From an uncultured Methanosarcinaceae archaeon (lineage in GTDB: Archaea; Halobacteriota; Methanosarcinia; Methanosarcinales; Methanosarcinaceae), in the NCBI GenBank assembly GCA_963847185.1, contig CAWJYV010000008.1:896001-960000 (forward strand): a stretch of 64,000 bases of DNA, given 5' to 3'. The position numbers and the translations under genes were made by a program. Every line of letters starts with the position of its first letter. The first letter of the stretch is position 1. Shown here piece after piece: positions 38,546-48,514 of the stretch. Under the pieces are notes generated by a model. That model ran no database searches. It had not been told where the DNA came from and saw only the letters and a list, made by a program, of their open reading frames with translations.

Positions 38546-40834
38546 TTATTGTTTTCTTTTCTCCTTAACAGCGAGTGCTATCAAAAGTACTACCATGAAC
38601 ACCACAAGGAACCTTATCGGACCCTTTAATCCTGTCAGATCCATGTTCTCAGATGCATTCAGTCCCGCTGTAGAATTCACCATATTGTCTGATATACTGG
38701 GTAATGCAGGCTGTAGATTCATCTGGTTTAAGTTATTTTCAAGTGGTTGTGTACTGCCAAAAGTAATTGTGAAAGGAGAGAAGCCTGGAGTACTGGCCTG
38801 GTAGTAGATGTACTGGTCATCTTCTCCTGTTTTCCCTGTAGGAAGTGGATTCCATTTTCCATCTGCATATCTCTGCAGAACAACCGCTTCTTCAGTTTCG
38901 TTTTCTGTAATATCAGACCTGTGAACTCTGAACCCTACACTGGCATTTCCAATATTTTGTTCGGTTGCAAAGCCTTCATTCCCTACCCAGATATTCAGGT
39001 ACTTGTATACCGATCCTCCTGGTTCTATGGGACTCAGGACTGATCTTCCATTAAGCTGCTCAATAATTGTTGTGGTTTTTCCGAGAGTTTTCTTTGCATC
39101 GAATTCAATAAAGTCAATACAGGTGGTTTCTGGTGTGAATTCAAATCTGATACGATTTCCGGCCGCAATATACTTCTGAGCCTGTACTTTTACTTCGACA
39201 TTACTGGTTGGTTCAGGAGAGGCTCCTGTGCCTGTAGATCCGCCGAAGCCAGAGCTTGAACTTCCACCACTACTCTCGCTTCCGTCTGTAACGGTAATGT
39301 AGTTATCCATTTTCAGAGCACTGTACTCGTACACGTTGCTAACGTTAAGAATTACAGAATAATCTCCGTTTCCATAATATATGTGACTGGGATTTGGATC
39401 AGTTGAAGTGTTTCCGTCTCCAAAATCCCAGTACCAGGAAGTAATGTTACCTGTAGAATTATCTGTGAACTGAACAGTAAGGGGCGGTTCTCCTTCCAGC
39501 GGAGAAGCAGTAAAATCGGCCTTGAAATCGTTTTCAACTGTGATATAATTCGTTTTTGTAACATTTGCCCATGAAGTGCCATTGCCTGCCCTCAGAGTGA
39601 CAGTATATGTTCCAACATCCTTAAACTCGTAAACGGGGTTCTGTTCGTTTGAGTCTACCTGTCCATCGGAATTGAAGTCCCATTCCCATGCCGACGGGCT
39701 GCCGGTGCTCAGGTCAGTAAATTGAACGTTAAGGGGCGCTTTTCCTGAAGTTATATCTGAAGTAAAATCGGCAACTGAATAGTTGGTTCCTGTGTCTCCA
39801 CCTGTGTCTCCGCCTGTGTCTCCGCCAGTGTCTCCGCCAGTGTCTCCGCCAGTATCTCCGCCAGTATCTCCGCCAGTATCTCCGCCAGTATCTCCGCCAG
39901 TATCTCCGCCAGTATCTCCCCCTGTGTCTCCTCCATTTGTGGATGATACATTAACTGATGAACTCACGGTATTAAATCCGAAATTGTTTATTACTGTCAA
40001 TGTCACAGCATAAGTCCCAGCCTGATAATATGTATGACTTGGATTTTGATCTGTTGAAGTACTTCCATCTCCGAAATTCCAGATCCTGGAAGTCACGGTA
40101 CCCGTAGAAGTATCCATAAATTGAATTGTTAGAGGAGCGTTTCCTGAATTTGCACTTGACGTAAAACTAGCTACTGGGGCGGAAGTGCTCAGGGTTATGG
40201 TATTTATCAGATTAGCAGACCCAAAGGCGTTTGATACTTTAAGGGTTACAACATAAGTCCCAATTGCCGCGTACGTGTGTTTAGGGTTACGGGAAGTAGA
40301 AGAGCTGCCATCTCCAAAGTCCCAGTACCATGAAGTCACATTTCCTGTGGAGTTATCACTAAACTGAACGGCAAGAGGGTTATTTCCTCCTCCCGGAGTT
40401 ACAGTAAAACTGGCTTTTGGTTTTTCCCCTACTTTGATATACTTAATTTTTGTGATATTACCCCAGGCAGCCCCGTTGACTACTTTCAGGTTAATATTAT
40501 AGTTTCCTGAATTTGCGAATTCATAGACTGGATTTTCTTCAGTTGAATCCACAATTCCGTCAGAATTAAAGTCCCATTCCCAGGCTGTAACATTCTTGCT
40601 TGAACTGTCTATAAATTGCACTTTAAGAGGGGCTACTCCTGATACCGGTGAAGCAGAAAAGTTTGCAATTAGCGTTTTATTTCCATCTTCCAAACTGCTA
40701 AGGATTGCAAATCCCCTGGAACTGCCTGTTGTATCTATTCCCGGGTCCGATGCCAGACTTGCATAGGCTGAAGCTGAAGTTGAGAATACGAAGAAAAGAA
40801 GCATTAATATTATTGTTTTTTTCAATTCATACAC
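38546..40834 (-). CDS. Cell-surface protein: signal peptide, 5 PKD domains, (GGDT)12 linker, PGF-pre-PGF domain, C-terminal TM
   Basis: Close paralog of 35144..37567. The true start may be TTG at 40825. Confidence 0.92.
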   Translation of the reverse strand: MYELKKTIILMLLFFVFSTSASAYASLASDPGIDTTGSSRGFAILSSLEDGNKTLIANFSASPVSGVAPLKVQFIDSSSKNVTAWEWDFNSDGIVDSTEENPVYEFANSGNYNINLKVVNGAAWGNITKIKYIKVGEKPKASFTVTPGGGNNPLAVQFSDNSTGNVTSWYWDFGDGSSSTSRNPKHTYAAIGTYVVTLKVSNAFGSANLINTITLSTSAPVASFTSSANSGNAPLTIQFMDTSTGTVTSRIWNFGDGSTSTDQNPSHTYYQAGTYAVTLTVINNFGFNTVSSSVNVSSTNGGDTGGDTGGDTGGDTGGDTGGDTGGDTGGDTGGDTGGDTGGDTGGDTGTNYSVADFTSDITSGKAPLNVQFTDLSTGSPSAWEWDFNSDGQVDSNEQNPVYEFKDVGTYTVTLRAGNGTSWANVTKTNYITVENDFKADFTASPLEGEPPLTVQFTDNSTGNITSWYWDFGDGNTSTDPNPSHIYYGNGDYSVILNVSNVYEYSALKMDNYITVTDGSESSGGSSSSGFGGSTGTGASPEPTSNVEVKVQAQKYIAAGNRIRFEFTPETTCIDFIEFDAKKTLGKTTTIIEQLNGRSVLSPIEPGGSVYKYLNIWVGNEGFATEQNIGNASVGFRVHRSDITENETEEAVVLQRYADGKWNPLPTGKTGEDDQYIYYQASTPGFSPFTITFGSTQPLENNLNQMNLQPALPSISDNMVNSTAGLNASENMDLTGLKGPIRFLVVFMVVLLIALAVKEKRKQ
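39791..39935. repeat. Intragenic 12-bp tandem repeat, 12 copies, encoding (GGDT)12
   Basis: GTRTCTCCNCCW units on the + strand; only 2 units at the matching position of the paralog. Confidence 0.95.
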
Positions 40835-41543
40835 CCTTTCATTTTTTATTTCCTGCTAAAACTTCATTTCCTCTTAAGGCCCCGGCTTCCCCCTTCAGGC
40901 TCCTTTAGCCGGCGGTTGAATTAATATTTTTGTTTTTAGATTTTATTATCCTGTGTTTCAATAATCATTATATCTTTTCTGGTTTTTTTTGTGTATAAGA
41001 TTACGGATTAATTTTACGAGTAAAATATCCTCCTCTTTCGGCAAATCCTCAATCTTTGATTGCTTCAAAAGATTGAGACTTCAAACGGAAATAGATATCT
41101 AGAATATTAAGTTTTCTTATTTGATATTCTCATAAAAGATTTTTCATTGAATATGAAGTGTCAAGCTTTGCTAAAGCTGTTTCTTCATTTATATATATTG
41201 TCATATTCAATTTTTATCTATTAATGTTCTATTTCCGATCTCTGACATTTTAAGAGCTTAAAAATATAATTAGATTATTCTATGGTATTTTCATTATTTT
41301 AAATGTTGAACAATAGGGTAAAAAGAGGTAAAAGACTGGCAAAAAGAATAAGATTATATTTAGGAAATTGCCTCACGTTAAAAAATCAAATCAGTAATGG
41401 AATTTAAATTCTGTTAAAGTGAGAATACTCAAATCCTTTCAGGGCAACTTAGAAAAATATTCTATCTTCAATGGCTAAGTTTAGTGTTTTAAATGGTTTT
41501 CAGGAGATTTGGAGGTTTTTTCAGGAGATTTGGAGGTTTTAAA

Positions 41544-42359
41544 TTATGGCTCTTTTATTGGAATCGTTTCCTTCCGGAAGCAGAAATAAAGGTCGTAACC
41601 CCATTTAAGGGCTTCAGGATCGAAACTGAGCAGGCTCTCGTGTTCAATATATCTTACCGCAGGAAAAACAGTTAACAGGATGAATCTCTCGGTCACGGTA
41701 AAACCTGCAAGTTTTGGTTCGTCGGGGAAAAGATTAAGGCTGACGTTTTCAAAATTTGTTAGAGCCTGCAGATTTTCCCTGTAATCTGTCTTTAATCTCT
41801 GGAATACGGGATTGGTAAATATTAAAGAAATCTCTGCCCCTTCCTCTGCAAGTTTGACGTAGAGAGGAACAAATGCGGGATGAAAGTAGGAAGTAAAGCA
41901 AAATACCTGCCTCGAAAGAAGAAGTTTTTCCACAAACTGAGCGTTGAGTTCAAACATATGGTTTACATCCGGACGGATTAATTTGCAGTCCTTCAACTCC
42001 CCAATTCTTCCTTTTAAAGTTGCGGGTATTCCTTCGAGCCTCCTCTTTGACCAGTAATCAAAGTTATCTTCGAGTACCTCAAGGGTATTAAGAAGAGGCA
42101 GCATTCTATCTACAATTGTCTTTCCTATCATAGAAAGTTCATAGGTGCGGTTTTTCTGTAAAATTAAATTCCTGTCTTTAAGCTTTTTAATTTGCGGGAG
42201 TATGGAAACGGAATCTATGGAAAAATGTTCCAGTATTTGATCCATAGACCTTGGCCCGTCTTTAAGCAAGAGGAGAATATCTTTCCTCCTCTCTGACCGA
42301 AAGACCAGTTCTGTTAATCCAATTTTTGTTCCTATCCTGCTATCATTATTTGTTCCCAT
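41544..42359 (-). CDS. Winged-helix transcriptional regulator (ArsR-like HTH plus DUF1724-type domain)
   Basis: SERRKDILLLLKDGP, ILPQIKKL, Y.LS.IG, GIP..L..RIGEL, ALKWG..L; a family expanded in Methanosarcinales. Confidence 0.85.
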   Translation of the reverse strand: MGTNNDSRIGTKIGLTELVFRSERRKDILLLLKDGPRSMDQILEHFSIDSVSILPQIKKLKDRNLILQKNRTYELSMIGKTIVDRMLPLLNTLEVLEDNFDYWSKRRLEGIPATLKGRIGELKDCKLIRPDVNHMFELNAQFVEKLLLSRQVFCFTSYFHPAFVPLYVKLAEEGAEISLIFTNPVFQRLKTDYRENLQALTNFENVSLNLFPDEPKLAGFTVTERFILLTVFPAVRYIEHESLLSFDPEALKWGYDLYFCFRKETIPIKEP

Positions 42360-42590
42360 CCTTCCACCGTCAAAAAAAATCAATAATGTATGAATAAACA
42401 GGCAGATATTTATACATTTTGACTATCAATATAATCTTATAAAGTTGACTAAACAGCAAAATACAGCATGAAAAAAGAATTTAGAAATAGGAAAACTAAT
42501 ATGCGAGTATGTTAAATAATGGAATGGCTGGTTGATTAAAAATACAGGATTCAAACCCTGAGCTTGGAGTCAGGGCCGCCTTTCTACAGA

Positions 42591-42881
42591 TTATAGCCTG
42601 ATACTCTCAAGAACCACCAGCTTTTTCTTCCAGTGGTCGAGTCCTCTTTTTGCTGCATACCAATCAAAATATTTTTCATCTTCAATAAGTTCACCGGATT
42701 CGAATTTTTGCATAAATTCCGTAGAAATCAGGTCATACTGGTCCTCAAATTCATCGCAGATAATAGAATAGCGGTTTACCTTATATTTAGCGAGATGTTT
42801 CTCATGTTCCAGAGCCGAGCGAATAACCTCACTTGTTTCCTGAAGTGAGTAATCGGTATCTATCTGCAAGGTAAAATCCAT
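42591..42881 (-). CDS. Small helical protein, antitoxin-like; paralog of 34632..34934
   Basis: FEDQY...S.EFMQKFESGEL.EDEKYFDWYAAKRG; downstream CCCTGA..TCAGGG hairpin. Confidence 0.72.
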   Translation of the reverse strand: MDFTLQIDTDYSLQETSEVIRSALEHEKHLAKYKVNRYSIICDEFEDQYDLISTEFMQKFESGELIEDEKYFDWYAAKRGLDHWKKKLVVLESIRL

Positions 42882-43173
42882 ATTTATCCCATGAAGAATT
42901 GTTGGTAGTACTAAAAATCTTGCTGATACTAAAAATTGATCCTATATTTCTTTTTCTATTTATTAATGAGTTGTACCCTATGGAATTCCGGAAAGACAGG
43001 AAGCGTGAGGCTAGGAACCAAAAATATAAGTATTTTAATTACCGTCACAAAATTCTAAAAATTCGCAGACAGAACTCATTTGAATCACGATTCGAATAAC
43101 ATTCACTGCTTTGAGATAACCTTATATGAAGACAGGGCCGGCTAAAGACAAAAGGAAATTGAAAGAATAAGAA

Positions 43174-43233
43174 AGAAGCATAAAAAGAAGCATAAAAAGA
43201 AGCATAAAAAGAAACATAAAAAGAAACATAAAA
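43174..43233. repeat. 12-bp tandem repeat AAGAARCATAAA, about 5 copies
   Basis: Visible directly; produces spurious FYAS/FYVS repeats in an antisense ORF. Confidence 0.8.
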
Positions 43234-43337
43234 TGAAGTACAAAAAGAATAAATAGAAGAAAAAAGGAAAAAAAAGAAAAAATTCAGAGCAGATAGGTAT
43301 AAAAGGTGTGGGTTATAGAAGGAAAACCACACAATCA

Positions 43338-43577
43338 TCAGTTTTCGGCTGTTACGGAAATTTTTCCTGTATTTTCCAGATTCTTATAAATGAATGCTGA
43401 AGCGTAAGCGAGCAGCATGAATTTAATACCCTGGCTGAAGTCCAGTTCGACAAACTTCAATATCATATATATGAAGAAGGCAAACTGTACGGCACACAGG
43501 ACCATTCCGGCCACAGTGAATATTTTCTGACGACTGTTCCTATAACTACTGTCTGGATCATCGGAGTCTTCTGACAT
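43338..43577 (-). CDS. Small two-TM membrane protein
   Basis: SD GAGG upstream, acidic N-terminus, two hydrophobic helices. Confidence 0.6.
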   Translation of the reverse strand: MSEDSDDPDSSYRNSRQKIFTVAGMVLCAVQFAFFIYMILKFVELDFSQGIKFMLLAYASAFIYKNLENTGKISVTAEN

Positions 43578-44456
43578 GTTGTTTCTAACCTCGCAAATAA
43601 AGGTGCTAAAGGTGTTTTGTATTTAGTTTGTTTTTATTTTGTTTTGTATTTTTAATTCGGTTCTATTTTCTCCACAGGCGATTTTCAACTATCTCAAAAA
43701 TTAAATAATGTCTCCTGCTTTACAGCGTAGAAACCAGCTTTTACAAAGCTTTTAAAACGAGATAAAAAGTTGAAAACTTCAACAGATGGATCTGATGGTT
43801 TAATTACAGCGAATATCTGTTGTTACACTAGTTAAAAAAACACTCTCCAATGTAGAGATTATCATACAATATCTCTATTTATTGGCGAATGTATATAAAA
43901 CTTGCGAATCTATCTGGTGCATAATAGAGCTTGTTGTCGTTTTTCATTTTGCAACGTGAGCTCATGTAAGAATTCTCCGGATAATTTTTAATTCCTCTTT
44001 CCATATTAGTTTCCTATCTCACATATCAAGCCCTTTTTTCTACTTGCCTGACCCTTTATTTATGTACCTGTATTATTTAGCAAATTATGTCTATCTAATT
44101 TATATTACTTCGAAATATTAAGAAAGCTTTTAATCAAAAGAAAGTCACTACCTAATACTTAAGCCATGGATGTCCGGATGTTTACTAAATGGTACAAAAC
44201 GATGCCTTCGCTTTTCATCTTAGTCCGTTCGGATTTGTTTTTACCTGGCTGCTTTCACGAGAATTTTTCCGGAAATACCGGCTCTCTAAAAACTGTGGAG
44301 TATGGGACCCGATTTTATCCTGGAATTTTTCTCAAAAGCCTGGAATCAATTAAGAAGTAAAGAATTACGATAAATTATCCACTTTGAAATAAAGAATAAT
44401 TAACTGGAACAATTTTTGGAAGAGAACGTTTGGAAGAGAACTTTTGAGGAAATATT

Positions 44457-44978
44457 ATGAATAAAATTTTAAAGATAATTGTAATGCTCTTTGTCGTTTC
44501 TATTGTTATATTTGCAGCGGGCTGTGCCGAAAAGAAAGAGACTCCGGGAAACGAAACTCCTGAAACTCCTGCCGCAGCAGAAGAAAATATGACTGAAAAT
44601 AATACATCGGAACATATAGCTGAAGATAACTACACTGTAGTTAATGAAACCACGGAAACCGGACAGGTAGTAACCGAAGCTGACAACGGGACAAGCATAA
44701 GTCTCAACAAAGGAGAGAATTTTACCCTTAACCTTACGGAAAACCCGTCCACAGGCTATGCCTGGGAGCTTAACGTGAGCGAGGGGCTCAGCATTCTTAG
44801 CGATAACTATACTCAGGATCCAACCCCTGAAAATATGACTGGTGTCCCTGGAACCCATTCATGGGTAATTAAAGCCGTAGCTTCGGGCAGCCAGCAGGTC
44901 AACGGCATATACAAGAGGGCCTGGGAGAACACAACCGGCACTGAAGAGAACTTTACAATCACTGTCGATGTAGTCTGA
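44457..44978 (+). CDS. Chagasin-family (I42) protease inhibitor lipoprotein
   Basis: Lipobox FAAGC; ENPSTGYAW, G.PG..W and Y.RAWE motifs. Confidence 0.9.
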   Translation: MNKILKIIVMLFVVSIVIFAAGCAEKKETPGNETPETPAAAEENMTENNTSEHIAEDNYTVVNETTETGQVVTEADNGTSISLNKGENFTLNLTENPSTGYAWELNVSEGLSILSDNYTQDPTPENMTGVPGTHSWVIKAVASGSQQVNGIYKRAWENTTGTEENFTITVDVV

Positions 44979-45352
44979 AAGGCGTTTTAATTCTTTTGGA
45001 TACCTTATTTTTTTCCTTTTTGTCTATTTTTACGTGATAAAAGGGTCAACTTAATAAGAGTTAACAAATATACTGATGTGGCTGTCTTACATAACTAAGA
45101 AAGCAAGTACCGCAAAAAAATGGTTTAGCATAAATCAAATTCGCTGGAAAAACATAAGGCAGCCTTCCAGCTCTTAATGCTGTGAATTATGTTCTGTTTT
45201 TTCTGATATAATATGCCGAAAAGACTGAGTTCAAATTATACTCTTATTCTGAAACAATTGAAAACTCTTTTATCGACTTTGTTCTAGCGTAGAGGGGCCA
45301 GAGATATCTGAAAAACAAAATTGAGATCAAAATGAAAAATGAAGACATCCTT

Positions 45353-46727
45353 TTAGATTGAACGTCCTTTTTCTATTTCGGAAAGATATGTAACAATTAA
45401 TTTTTTCAGATCATTCAATTTTGATTTATTCAAGGGAACTCCCAATAAAACTATCTTATTTTTGGTATTTGAGAACGGGAAAACATAATCTAATTCTGAA
45501 ATATACTGCTCATTGTGGGGATAACATAAAATTCCAACTTTATTTTTGTTCTTAGTAAAAGCAGTATATGCAAATAATTGATGTACATCTTTTCTATGCT
45601 CTTCTCTTAACTCTTCAGTATTGTTTTTCAAGTTATAGAGATGAGATTTATATTTTGCATCTATTATGATATCCAAATTACTTTTCATCATAATTATATC
45701 GGGTTCTAGATAATTGAGACTCCAGAGTGGACTAAAATGCGTAGATCGTCTAATTTTGTAGTTGTTTAACTGTTTTGCTCCGATTTTTAATGAAACTTGA
45801 TTGAATACTAATTGGACATATTTTTCAAAGAGAAGGGAGAAGTCAACTCTCCATGCAGTGATTTCTTCCAAGTTTCTTTTTAGAATTTTGTTTCCTTGGT
45901 CTTTCAATTTTTTAATAATAACTGGATCTGAAACATGTATCTTTAGATCATTTGTTTGTTTTTCAGGAAATTCATATAATGCAGTATCCAAATAAGTCAG
46001 AACATCACGATATTGATATTTAATATTTAGAGGAGTCTTAAATGAAGTAATTTCTCCCTTTGAAATGCTGTAAACGTATTTTAATTCAAAAAAATCACTA
46101 TGAAACCTGTTTAGAACATTATCGTGACAAGGAAAAAACAATCTTTTCTCAGGGTCAAATTCCTTTTCAATATATTCCTTCCAATCAACCTGAGATTTTG
46201 GATAATTATATACTTTTTTGGTTGTTTGAAATTTGTTCCATTTTATTTTTATTGCTTTTTCGAATATATCTATAAACTTTATAGCCTCCAAATATAAAGG
46301 AGGCCTCATATTATTCTGCGACAAAAGGGGAATTGAATGTTTGAATTCAGGAAGTATTTCAGATTTCAACAAATTCACGATTTCAACATATTCTGAAAAT
46401 TGGTCCGTAGCAGAGGTATACCGAGGCTTAATCACAAAATCTCCGATTTGTTTTCCATGTATCTGGAGATCTTAGTGGAATTGCACCAATGAAATGATCT
46501 GACCTAAAACTTAAAGAAACGTTTTTTCCACTTCCTTCTATTTTAGGAGAGACTTCAAGAAAAGCAAAGTAATCCTTATTGTAATCGATGAATTTCTGTA
46601 AGTGTTCAGCAATGTATCTTTTATCGGCGTTCTTAAACCATTTTTTTGCGAGAAATAATCCTGAAATAGATTGTGATTTTTCAGTAAGGCAAGGAATTTC
46701 AAGGAAGATGTTTTCCTTAGAATTCAT
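45353..46727 (-). pseudogene. mcrC: McrC-family PD-(D/E)xK nuclease subunit split by a +1 frameshift at ~46457
   Basis: 5' part (46727-~46458) FIGAIPLRSPDT continues as GKQIGDFVIKPRY after removing one base. The 3' part has LFEKYV, LEPDII..IDAKYK and DVHQLFAY. Confidence 0.82.
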
Positions 46728-48139
46728 TCAAATAATACCTCACCTATTCTATCGTAGAAATAGTTGGCAAACTCATCCTTTGCATTTACTAAAATGCCTT
46801 CAGCAAGGTATTCTCTAGTAAGAGGAAGCAGTTCATATTTTATCCTGCCTTTTATTTCCTCTTCATTTTCAGCAATGAAATAGGCTTGACCGGGCTGTAA
46901 CGGTAATTCTTCACTACTGGCATACCAATTGAAAATCTCACTAAACGCCAAGAAATCTTTTTTGAAAAATTTGTTTTTGCCTGTCAATTTGATTACATGA
47001 GGCTTTAAAGTGTACCAAGCAAACCTCCGCCTTAATGCAAAATCAACAACAGCCAAACTTCGATCTGCGGTGTTCATCGTGCAGATTACATAATAATTCA
47101 AAGGAATGGCACTTACCTTATATCCACCACCAATATCAATTTCTATAAGTCTTTCTTTTTCTTCTGACTGGTATTCAAAAAGATAGAAAATCGGACCTAA
47201 AATGTTCGACAAATTTGCTCGATTGATTTCATCGATAATCAAAACAACCTTTTCTTCAGGATTCTCTTTGGCCTTTCTCAAGGATTCATAAAAAATACCC
47301 CTTTGCTCGATATAAGCAACCTCTCCAGCTACAAGGGAAGGCTTTATACCATAGATAAAATCGCTGTAACTTGTTTCTGCATGAAATTGTGTAAAGAAAG
47401 TCTCTGCGTTAAGCTCTCCAGAAATTATCTTTGCTAGTCTTGTTTTTCCAGTTCCAGGAGCGCCCTGAAGGATTACGAATCTTCTTTTCCTTATAAGATC
47501 TAATACTTCTTTTTCTTCGTCTGCAGCTTTAACTTTTGAAATATTAGGTATTTCCCTAGAGGCGTTTATTGCATCGTTAATAGCTCTCCTTTGATCTGCA
47601 TTCTTTGGAAAACTTCTCAATCGGGCATAAGCTGCAACAAATCCTTCAATAATTTTTCTTCCAACTTCGGATCTTGGGTCCCAAATTATTTCACAGGCAG
47701 AAACGAATTTAGAGTAACTTTGTAATGTTTTATCCATGCTTGGGATTTTAAATTTTAGCTGTCTCGGTAGATTTGATTCAATGTCCAAAAAAGAAGTTTT
47801 GCAAAAGCCATCCTGGCTAATGATTGACGAGAATAGTCTTCTCACGCCGGGTAAGCTTGCAAGCTCATAATCATTTTTAAATCCAAGTGAGCCAACGATA
47901 AGTGAAATTAACCACGGTTTATCTTCTTTATCTGGAAAGATAACTAGAGATAAATCGTGGTAAGGGCCAGATGGTTCTTCTTCTGGGGAAATTAACCCAA
48001 AAAACGCTCCGCCTTGATTGAGGGCATCTTCTTTTGTGTTATTCCTAAATATGTAGTCATTTAAAATATCTTCATTTTTTGCCCCAAAATTCTCGGCTAA
48101 TTCTTTGACAAATTCGATAGTCTCTTCAATTTTGCTCAT
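46724..48139 (-). CDS. mcrB: McrB-family AAA+ GTPase with uncharacterised N-terminal domain
   Basis: GAPGTGKT, QFH.E.SY.DF..G, IIDEINRAN, McrB signature MNTADRS, DFALRRRF; ATGA overlap with mcrC. Confidence 0.88.
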   Translation of the reverse strand: MSKIEETIEFVKELAENFGAKNEDILNDYIFRNNTKEDALNQGGAFFGLISPEEEPSGPYHDLSLVIFPDKEDKPWLISLIVGSLGFKNDYELASLPGVRRLFSSIISQDGFCKTSFLDIESNLPRQLKFKIPSMDKTLQSYSKFVSACEIIWDPRSEVGRKIIEGFVAAYARLRSFPKNADQRRAINDAINASREIPNISKVKAADEEKEVLDLIRKRRFVILQGAPGTGKTRLAKIISGELNAETFFTQFHAETSYSDFIYGIKPSLVAGEVAYIEQRGIFYESLRKAKENPEEKVVLIIDEINRANLSNILGPIFYLFEYQSEEKERLIEIDIGGGYKVSAIPLNYYVICTMNTADRSLAVVDFALRRRFAWYTLKPHVIKLTGKNKFFKKDFLAFSEIFNWYASSEELPLQPGQAYFIAENEEEIKGRIKYELLPLTREYLAEGILVNAKDEFANYFYDRIGEVLFE

Positions 48140-48514
48140 CTATACCATCTTAGTCCTAAAGCCTTGAAAATTATGTTAGGTTTTAATTATTTTTGAGTAA
48201 TAAATAGTTGCCTCTTTTATCCTTTTTTTATTTTATAAATCATAAACGATAACATAATGTGGAAGAGCCAAGAAATCGAGAATTAATCTTTCTGTAAAAC
48301 TGAAAAGGACTATCAAGCAATATTTTTCATTCAGACGTTAATTTATGAAAATACGTACTGATTTTGGACATCTCTTAAGAATAATACAGTGAGAAGTAAC
48401 CTAAGTGGAGAATAACTTTTTATCTCCTTCCTTTCCAAACTACACCTTTAAATCCCATACATTCCTTTCTATCCCACAATATAACTCTCATTACTTTTAT
48501 TTGGTGATCTTTTT

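Noticed and set aside
42540-42580. tRNA T-loop-like GGGTTTGAATCCTG on the minus strand
   Set aside because: No cloverleaf can be built; better explained as a hairpin downstream of the 42591 gene.
43045-43338. Phe/Tyr-rich 97-aa ORF
   Set aside because: Derived from a low-complexity A-rich tract and a 12-bp repeat.
44166-44360. 64-aa ORF upstream of the chagasin gene
   Set aside because: No SD or recognisable features; the region is better explained as a structured leader.
48270-48378. Possible IS end (GAGATGTCCAAAATCAGTACG on the minus strand) beside mcrB
   Set aside because: No matching second end or target duplication found on the other side of the mcrBC block.
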